Shown here: one piece after another, positions 58,300 through 64,000 of the stretch
Numbering within the stretch: position 1 is the first letter of the stretch
Layout: the number at the start of each line of letters is the position of its first letter
DNA from: a virus
Lineage: Duplodnaviria; Caudoviricetes
Direction: 5' to 3' (one strand)
IMG/VR virus record: IMGVR_UViG_3300031994_000035
Span: 1-64,000 of that record
DNA: 64,000 bases
The notes under the pieces: generated by a model
What the model saw: only the letters and a program-made list of their open reading frames with translations
Told to the model about the DNA's origin: nothing
The model's database searches: none
Program-made: the position numbers and the translations under genes

Positions 58300-58842
58300 A
58301 TGACACAAGAAGAAAAATTATTATTAATAGATTTGTCATCAAGAGTACAATATAACGTGTTGGTTGAACAAACATGGTTTCCTACATACCTTGCAGGTAA
58401 AGTACAATGCTTAAAGTCAATACAAAATAATAATACAGTTACGCTATGCTGGCGTTTTGACAATGAATTTGTTCCTATACATGAAATTAAGCCATACTTG
58501 CGTTCAATGTCAAGTATGGCTAATGAAGAGGTGAAAGATTTAATAAAAGTAAAAATTTTATCTAAATATGGTAAAGTAGGTGATTATTTTGGTTTTAATA
58601 ACATAAAGTCAATTAAGAATATTCACTTCAGTTCAAGATACAATGAGTGGTTTTGTGATGTTACGTTTAACACGATTGAGGATAAATTTACCACTTGTTT
58701 TTCAGTAGGCAGAGTTACTTGGGAAACCACAATTGCAGAAATTGATTGGCTCAACGCTCATCACTTTGATTATCGTGGACTTATTGAGAAAGGTCTTGCA
58801 TTGGAAGCAAAAGAAAAAATGTATAAACAATTAAATAATTAA
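58300..58842 (+). CDS. paralog family A protein
   Basis: KPYLRSMSSM, DWLNAHHFDYRGLIEKGLALEA. Confidence 0.75.
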   Translation: MTQEEKLLLIDLSSRVQYNVLVEQTWFPTYLAGKVQCLKSIQNNNTVTLCWRFDNEFVPIHEIKPYLRSMSSMANEEVKDLIKVKILSKYGKVGDYFGFNNIKSIKNIHFSSRYNEWFCDVTFNTIEDKFTTCFSVGRVTWETTIAEIDWLNAHHFDYRGLIEKGLALEAKEKMYKQLNN

Positions 58843-58846
58843 AACT

Positions 58847-60841
58847 ATGAATTACGAAAAGAAATATAAAGAAGCTCTTGAAAGAATGAAATCTTGGGTA
58901 AAAGGTGAGCATCCTGAATGCTTCTGTGAAGCTCAAAAGGCTGCCGAATTTGTTTTCCCTGAACTCAAAGAGAACGAGGACGAGAATATAAGAAAAGCCA
59001 TCAAGTATGGTCTTGACCATGTGTTTACTAACAACACTACCATCTTTGAAGTCACAAAGGAACAGTGTCTTTCTTGGCTTGAAGGGCAAGATGATCAGAA
59101 ACCTGTTTTGAATGAAGAGGATGAGAAGATGTTTAAATCAATTATTGAATGTATAGATGGAACCGGTTTACTTGATTCAGACCAAATAACTTGGTTTAAA
59201 TCTCTCAAAGACAGAGTTGGTTGTAAAGTGAATTACATGACTACAAAAGAATGGAGTGAAGAAGATGAATATCAAATCAATACAATTCTTCACGGACTTG
59301 ATTTAAAGAGAGCAATTTATAGAAAAGAAAAAAACAAAGTAGAAGAAGATAGATACAATACACAATATAATTGGCTCAAATCCTTCAAAGACAGAGTTGG
59401 TTGTGAAGTGAATTGTACAACCACAAAAGAGTGGAGTGAAGATGATGAATATCAAATCAATACAATTCTTCACATACTTAATTTAAAGAAAGAAATTTAT
59501 AAGAAGAGAGAAAATAAAGTAGAAGAAGATAGATACAATACACAATATAATTGGCTCAAATCTATCAAAGACAAATACAAAGATGCTGTAGAATATGATA
59601 AGGCACGACTTGAAAAACAAGACGAGCAAAAAGAAACACTTTGTGATAAATGCAGGAGAGAACAACCTTATCACTCTTGTCAAGACATTACAGAATTAGG
59701 AAGATGTGTATTAGAACATCAATGTGAACAGAAATCTAATAATGTTGAATCGAAGTTCAAAGTAGGAGACTGGATTATACAGAATGGCGTAGGAACATAC
59801 AAAATTGTAGAGGTTTGCGAGTCTTGGTATGAAGTAGTTGATGCTGAAGACAATCAGTATTCAATCTCTTTTGATAAAGAGTATATGTGCCATCTTTGGA
59901 CTATCCAAGACGCGAAGGATGGTGATGTGCTTACATTTGTCAAGAACGGAACAATTTTTATATTCAAAAACGTTTTGGATAATATGCCATATTCTTATTG
60001 TGGAATAGATTACTTTGCAAGATTTAGAAATTGTATCGAAGAAGGCGGAAAAGAGGGAAGAAATTGGACATCGTCCTTACAAGGTATTTGTCCTGCAACC
60101 AAAAAACAACGTGACATACTATTCCAAAAGATGAAAGAAGCTGAGTATGAATGGGATGCTGAAAATAAATTAATAAGAAGACTTTCTAAATTTCATGTAG
60201 GCGATAAGCTGATTAGTTCAAAGAACCCAAGACTTACTTATAATATTTTGGAAGTTGGACATATCAATGAACTCGGCAACACAGAATATAAAGTAGAAAT
60301 CTTTACTGATGGAAAAGCACAAAATCCTTGTAACATTCTTTATATGGAATGTTGTAAAGTAGATGAATGGGCTGAACTGATTAATCAAAAGTCCAATGAT
60401 AAAGTTGAACCAAAGTTTAAGGCTGGTGATTTGGCTGTTGATAACTGTGGTTATATCTGGAAAATAGAAGGAATCTTAAACCAGTTTTATCTCTTAGAAG
60501 GTGTAGAAGGTGGTGAATCTCGCCCTCCAATAGAATTGGTTAACAAGAACTTTCATCTTTGGACTATTCAAGATGCAAAAGATGGCGATGTACTTTCTTA
60601 TGTAACAGATAAAGGAAATTTGTGGATATTGATTTATAAGTCTTTTTATGAACCTTATGAAGGACATGTTCATTATCACGCACTTCTTGCTAATGATGAC
60701 TTTTCATGTGAAGGTACTTGTTGTATTTCTATTGACAACTTGAAACCATCATCTATAGAACAACGTAAACTTTTATTCCAAAAAATTGAAGAGGTTGGTT
60801 ATAAATGGGATTTAGAAAAGAAAGAACTAATAAATGAATAA
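58847..60841 (+). CDS. modular family B protein
   Basis: ENIRK, FKVGDWI, two HLWTIQDAKDGDVL, GYKWD; 60-aa tandem repeat. Confidence 0.78.
   Translation: MNYEKKYKEALERMKSWVKGEHPECFCEAQKAAEFVFPELKENEDENIRKAIKYGLDHVFTNNTTIFEVTKEQCLSWLEGQDDQKPVLNEEDEKMFKSIIECIDGTGLLDSDQITWFKSLKDRVGCKVNYMTTKEWSEEDEYQINTILHGLDLKRAIYRKEKNKVEEDRYNTQYNWLKSFKDRVGCEVNCTTTKEWSEDDEYQINTILHILNLKKEIYKKRENKVEEDRYNTQYNWLKSIKDKYKDAVEYDKARLEKQDEQKETLCDKCRREQPYHSCQDITELGRCVLEHQCEQKSNNVESKFKVGDWIIQNGVGTYKIVEVCESWYEVVDAEDNQYSISFDKEYMCHLWTIQDAKDGDVLTFVKNGTIFIFKNVLDNMPYSYCGIDYFARFRNCIEEGGKEGRNWTSSLQGICPATKKQRDILFQKMKEAEYEWDAENKLIRRLSKFHVGDKLISSKNPRLTYNILEVGHINELGNTEYKVEIFTDGKAQNPCNILYMECCKVDEWAELINQKSNDKVEPKFKAGDLAVDNCGYIWKIEGILNQFYLLEGVEGGESRPPIELVNKNFHLWTIQDAKDGDVLSYVTDKGNLWILIYKSFYEPYEGHVHYHALLANDDFSCEGTCCISIDNLKPSSIEQRKLLFQKIEEVGYKWDLEKKELINE
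59192..59571 (+). repeat. 180-bp tandem duplication
   Basis: Two copies encoding KDRVGC.VN.TTTKEWSE.DEYQINTILH...YNTQYNWLKS. Confidence 0.9.
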
Positions 60842-60896
60842 ACTATAAGTTATTAAAAAATAACTTTTATAAAGAAAATTAAAATTGATAAAGAAT

Positions 60897-61796
60897 ATGG
60901 AAAGAAAAGAGGCAATAGAAATTATAAGAAGCAATTTCCATAATGGAAGTGTTAAGTTAAGTGAGGCATTGAAAACACTCATTCCTGAACTTGAAGAAAA
61001 TGAAAACGATGACGATGGAATAAGAATGGACCTTATTGAGTTTGTTAGACAATATGGTGATAACTATTATGGTCAATTTTCAAAGGCATCCGTAATTTCT
61101 TGGCTTGAAAAGCAAGGTGAGCAAAACAAACAGCATCTATATGATATAATTATATCCCTATGGGGTTTATTGGATAAAATAGATACGTTTGTAGACTTGC
61201 AAATAAATGATACTAGTCAACATAATCCTTTTAGAAAAATAGAGGATATAACACAAGAAAGACATAAATTTGTGAAATCAGATGGATATAATTTGTTCAT
61301 TGATGACTTTATGATAACGAATGATAAAAATTTTGAAAAACAGGGTGAGAAAAAATCTGCAGATAATGTTGGCCCAAAGTTCAAAGCTGGTGATTGGATT
61401 ATCTGCGATGGACTTCATCCTGCACTTATATTAAATGTTGCCGATAATAAGTATGAAATCGAATTTACCGATAATGGTGCTGTAGGGCATCATGCTATTG
61501 ATTTCATAGAGAGACATTGGCATCTTTGGACCATCGAGGATGCAAAGGATGGTGATGTACTTGTAAGCGGTAGTGGCTGCCCGTTTATTTATAAAAATAT
61601 TAATGATAGATTGGCTCTATTTTATTGTTGTGTAAGTGCTGATAATGATTTCCTTATTGGTAATGATAGAAGTTATTGTGGTCTTAAAAAAACAGCCAAG
61701 CCTGCAACCAAGAAACAACACGACTACCTATTCCAAAGAATGAATGATGCGGAATATAAATGGGACGCGAACAAAAAAGAATTGCATGCAATATAA
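60897..61796 (+). CDS. modular family B protein
   Basis: WLEKQGE, FKAGDWI, HLWTIEDAKDGDVL, PATKKQ. Confidence 0.78.
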   Translation: MERKEAIEIIRSNFHNGSVKLSEALKTLIPELEENENDDDGIRMDLIEFVRQYGDNYYGQFSKASVISWLEKQGEQNKQHLYDIIISLWGLLDKIDTFVDLQINDTSQHNPFRKIEDITQERHKFVKSDGYNLFIDDFMITNDKNFEKQGEKKSADNVGPKFKAGDWIICDGLHPALILNVADNKYEIEFTDNGAVGHHAIDFIERHWHLWTIEDAKDGDVLVSGSGCPFIYKNINDRLALFYCCVSADNDFLIGNDRSYCGLKKTAKPATKKQHDYLFQRMNDAEYKWDANKKELHAI

Positions 61797-61838
61797 TACT
61801 ACATTAAATTTTTAATACATAAACTTTAAATTTTGGTT

Positions 61839-62846
61839 ATGGAAAGAAAAAAAGCAATAGAAATTGTAAGAAAGAATTTTCCTGACAGTAGCTTCACTAT
61901 GTTGTGTGAGGCATTGAAAACCTTAATTCCAGAACTCATAGAGATTGAGGATGAGAAGATAAGGAAAGAAATCCTTGAGGATGAGAAGATAAGAAAAGAA
62001 ATCCTTGATTATTTCAAAGACCTTGATGAACACGGTTATCCGACCAAAGAATGGACTGCTTGGGTTGAAAAGCAAGGTAAACAAAAGTCTAAAGACAAAT
62101 ATACATTTAATTCAATACCTCGCTTGCTTGAAATGATTAAGCCAACAGATAGAGCAAAAAGATATTGCCAAAAGTTGATTGATTCTTTACAGCAAGAAGG
62201 ATATGTTACAGATGCTAAGATAATTAGTAAATGTCTAAAACGAATGAACGGTGAGAAAGTTTCCATAGTCACTATGGATGAAAAACAAGGAGAACCTGAA
62301 TCAAATAATAAAGTTGAGCAAAAGTTTGAGACAATGTTCAAGGTTGGGAATTGGATTGTTACCAATGACGGGATTACTACCAACAATGGTACAAACACGT
62401 TTTTAATAACGAATATTAATTGCGGATATGACTCATTAGGAGAGAATATGATTTATAGACATTACTGCTCATTAGAAGATACTGAAGGTGTTGTTCATTA
62501 TCCTTGTCTACTATCTGAAAATCTCTACCACCCATGGACCATCAACGATGCAAAGGATGGTGACGTAGTTGTCGATAAATCCAATGGAATTATTGGGATA
62601 TTTCAAAGCATAGGACACCACACCGATGGTGGTAGTTATAATGACCCTTCTTATTGTTTCCTACATTGTCGTTATGATGACGGATTCTTTTATGCAGATT
62701 TTGAAAATGGAAATATGATTGATTCTGATAATTTAATTCCGGCTACTAAAGAACAGCGAAATACTCTCTTTGTAAAAATGAAAGAGGCTGGTTATGAATG
62801 GAATGTAAACAAAAAAGAAATAGTTTCAATATCAAAAGATAAATAA
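61839..62846 (+). CDS. modular family B protein
   Basis: EDEKIRKEIL twice, WVEKQG, PWTINDAKDGDVV, PATKEQR. Confidence 0.78.
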   Translation: MERKKAIEIVRKNFPDSSFTMLCEALKTLIPELIEIEDEKIRKEILEDEKIRKEILDYFKDLDEHGYPTKEWTAWVEKQGKQKSKDKYTFNSIPRLLEMIKPTDRAKRYCQKLIDSLQQEGYVTDAKIISKCLKRMNGEKVSIVTMDEKQGEPESNNKVEQKFETMFKVGNWIVTNDGITTNNGTNTFLITNINCGYDSLGENMIYRHYCSLEDTEGVVHYPCLLSENLYHPWTINDAKDGDVVVDKSNGIIGIFQSIGHHTDGGSYNDPSYCFLHCRYDDGFFYADFENGNMIDSDNLIPATKEQRNTLFVKMKEAGYEWNVNKKEIVSISKDK

Positions 62847-62933
62847 AATATGTAGGTAGAAAGGTTGATTAGTCCAAGCATGTACAATAATATTGTCTAT
62901 AAAAATTGGCTTTTGTAAAAATTTTTCAAGATT

Positions 62934-62967
62934 TTGATCCAACTTTCAAAAAGTCGTATTATATTTA
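62934..62967 (+). promoter_or_regulatory. early-type promoter copy
   Basis: TTGATC-N17-TATTAT-ATTTA. Confidence 0.75.
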
Positions 62968-63005
62968 CCTCAACAAATTAACATTAACATTAAAATTAAA
63001 CGGAT

Positions 63006-63359
63006 ATGAGTACTAAGAACATTTTAACAGATGAAACTGAAATTGCAATCAATTCATTCAAGAACAGATTGAAATCTTTAGGATTCAAAAAAATAATTGA
63101 CGGATGTGACTATACTACATACCGTTATGACGAACTATGTGAAGACACAAGCAAATCCCTAACATTGGAAATCCAAGAAAAATCAGGAGCAACTACGTAC
63201 AATTTATACACAACGGACTTTGACAATACTAAACCAAAAGGTCATCAGAAATTTATAAAACGTGTATACCGCACAATGGTGTCCTTTAAATATTCTGAAA
63301 AAGAATTTGACAAAATCATCAAGAAATACAAATTCTCGACTCTTAAAAAATCCAAATAA
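63006..63359 (+). CDS. hypothetical protein
   Basis: 117-aa ORF after the promoter. Confidence 0.65.
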   Translation: MSTKNILTDETEIAINSFKNRLKSLGFKKIIDGCDYTTYRYDELCEDTSKSLTLEIQEKSGATTYNLYTTDFDNTKPKGHQKFIKRVYRTMVSFKYSEKEFDKIIKKYKFSTLKKSK

Positions 63360-63367
63360 TTACGGTT

Positions 63368-63877
63368 ATGACAAAATCAAAAGCATTAAAATTGCTTAAA
63401 CAGCAATTAGAGAAAGATGATACAGTTCTTATTAGCTTATATGATATATATAAGAAAGAGCTTCGATATAATCAAGAAATCGTAGAGACAAGAGGTAAGA
63501 GCGACTTTCGTCAAGACCTACAGGATTTTGTAATAGAACAGGTGAAGGTTTCAGACCTCATCAAAAACTTGAAAAAAGAAGAGGTCAAACTTCAAGATAT
63601 TGTGATAGACGAAAATAAAATAGCAGAAGAAAAATGCTATATGCCGGAGCTTCGTCCATCATTGACTTACCAAGTGCTTGTGATGGAGATTGAAAAAATC
63701 AAAAAGCCACTAATGATTCCAGCCTACATTGTAGAATCTGTTAATGAACTTAGTGACTTCATACATAATCCTGAAAATAAGAAGATTCTCGACACTCACG
63801 AATATGCTATGAAGAAAATACTTCATGGTTATATCGCAAATGCTTTTACATCAGTAAATAACTCAATGTTCAGGTAA
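63368..63877 (+). CDS. hypothetical protein (paralog of 36779..37192)
   Basis: MTKSKALK N-terminus. Confidence 0.65.
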   Translation: MTKSKALKLLKQQLEKDDTVLISLYDIYKKELRYNQEIVETRGKSDFRQDLQDFVIEQVKVSDLIKNLKKEEVKLQDIVIDENKIAEEKCYMPELRPSLTYQVLVMEIEKIKKPLMIPAYIVESVNELSDFIHNPENKKILDTHEYAMKKILHGYIANAFTSVNNSMFR

Positions 63878-63893
63878 TTAAAAATTTGGAATT

Positions 63894-64000
63894 ATGGAAA
63901 ATTTTAAGACATTCAAAGAATTCAACTTTGACAAAAATGGATACACGGACCTTACAGGTGACAAACAAGAAATAAAGGATTTTCTTATAAAAAACAAAGA
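63894..64000 (+). CDS. partial ORF running off the window
   Basis: MENFKTFKEFNFD... Confidence 0.55.
   Translation, partial: MENFKTFKEFNFDKNGYTDLTGDKQEIKDFLIKNK

Noticed and set aside
238-62398. Short minus-strand ORFs (e.g. 4593..5240, 37265..37729, 44830..45171)
   Set aside because: They are antisense shadows of well-supported + strand genes and carry no motifs.
1-64000. TAG-to-Gln recoding as in Lak-like phages
   Set aside because: Long genes are intact in code 11, and TAG ends ORFs right before the next start (e.g. 12678, 21557, 53756). There is no canonical CUA tRNA.

Overview
This window is an AT-rich segment of a large T4-like (jumbo) myophage, almost all on the + strand. The host is probably Bacteroidota, inferred from SD-less A-rich start contexts and TAnnTTTG-like promoter motifs. 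It uses the standard genetic code. 1-31.6 kb and 58.3-64 kb hold accessory ORFs with expanded paralog families, Lar-like proteins, phosphatases, MazG, a DenV-like glycosylase, an RNA ligase, and an IS607 (tnpA+tnpB) inserted in a NUDIX gene. 31.7-36.25 kb is a dense RNA island: about 16 tRNAs, a tmRNA with a 33-codon tag, several aberrant tRNA mimics (one circularly permuted/YrlA-like) and several unidentified structured RNAs. 37-58 kb holds core genes: histone-like protein, neck protein, UvsW, clamp loader, Clp ATPase, a DnaA-domain-IV protein, baseplate wedge, PolB and a DNA methyltransferase. The strongest novel candidate is at 35.2-35.4 kb: a 27-aa leader peptide with terminator/antiterminator sequences, i.e. 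a ribosome-dependent attenuator. It sits directly before a 10-gene tRNA operon, and its sensing codons (T,H,K,Q,N,Y,P,D,S) are exactly the nine amino acids of the downstream tRNAs. I infer that it switches on replacement tRNAs when host tRNAs are depleted. All calls come from reading motifs by eye; no searches were run.
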